A stretch of 63,845 nucleotides of DNA, filler included, from Reclinomonas americana ATCC 50394 (Eukaryota): the NCBI GenBank assembly GCA_048213135.1. It is 10 parts of 4 records of this genome, joined end to end, with 100 filler letters (N's around TTAATTAATTAA, not from the genome) between each part and the next. Parts side by side here need not be neighbours in the genome. Positions count along the whole stretch, not along the records: positions 61,335 to 63,845 come from PS015101.1; 9 more parts are not named here. One strand, 5' to 3'. Each line of letters starts with the position of its first letter. The first letter of the stretch is position 1. Shown in pieces: positions 63,744 to 63,845 of this stretch. The notes beneath the pieces are model-generated. The model ran no database searches, was not told the origin of the DNA, and worked only from the letters and a program-made list of their open reading frames with translations. A program made the position numbers and the translations under genes.

Positions 63744-63845
63744 CTACAGCAGCACAAAGAGGAGAGTGAGAGGGGGGACAAGGGAAGCAAGGAAGGGAGG
63801 AGGAGGAGGAGGAGGAGGAGGAGGAGGAGGAGGAGGAGGAGGAGG

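Overview
This is a draft-assembly window from an intron-rich, GC-rich microbial eukaryote with short GT-AG introns and many (CT)n/(CA)n tracts. It is not prokaryotic, and I found no rRNA, tRNA or CRISPR. Nine artificial 100-bp spacers (44N-TTAATTAATTAA-44N) join the contigs. In four testable cases the contig directly after a spacer is reverse-complemented; flipping it restores the gene with in-frame or phase-compatible joins. Genes recognised by manual splicing: EPG5-like (3' part), a dynamin-related GTPase, a 68-aa membrane microprotein, a CAP/Srv2 C-terminal fragment, a bacterial-type AAA-ATPase-like + PD-(D/E)XK protein with introns and a mitochondrial-type presequence, an atypical homeodomain protein, an ankyrin/coiled-coil/RLK-Pelle(IRAK)-type kinase with a tandem kinase-less paralogue, a myristoylated EF-hand protein head-to-head with a NIPA transporter, an R2R3-MYB, three intronless WD40 paralogues plus a relic, a ChAPs exomer adaptor, an RCC1-repeat protein, a two-PH-domain protein, U1-C, a cathepsin D-like protease and alpha-SNAP. 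The best candidates for an undescribed system are (i) the WD40 family, whose variation sits at propeller-surface positions and which shares a conserved C-terminal tail, and (ii) the ankyrin kinase and kinase-less pair. Both resemble rapidly diversifying non-self recognition modules; that function is inference only. All family assignments come from motif recognition by eye, not from database searches.
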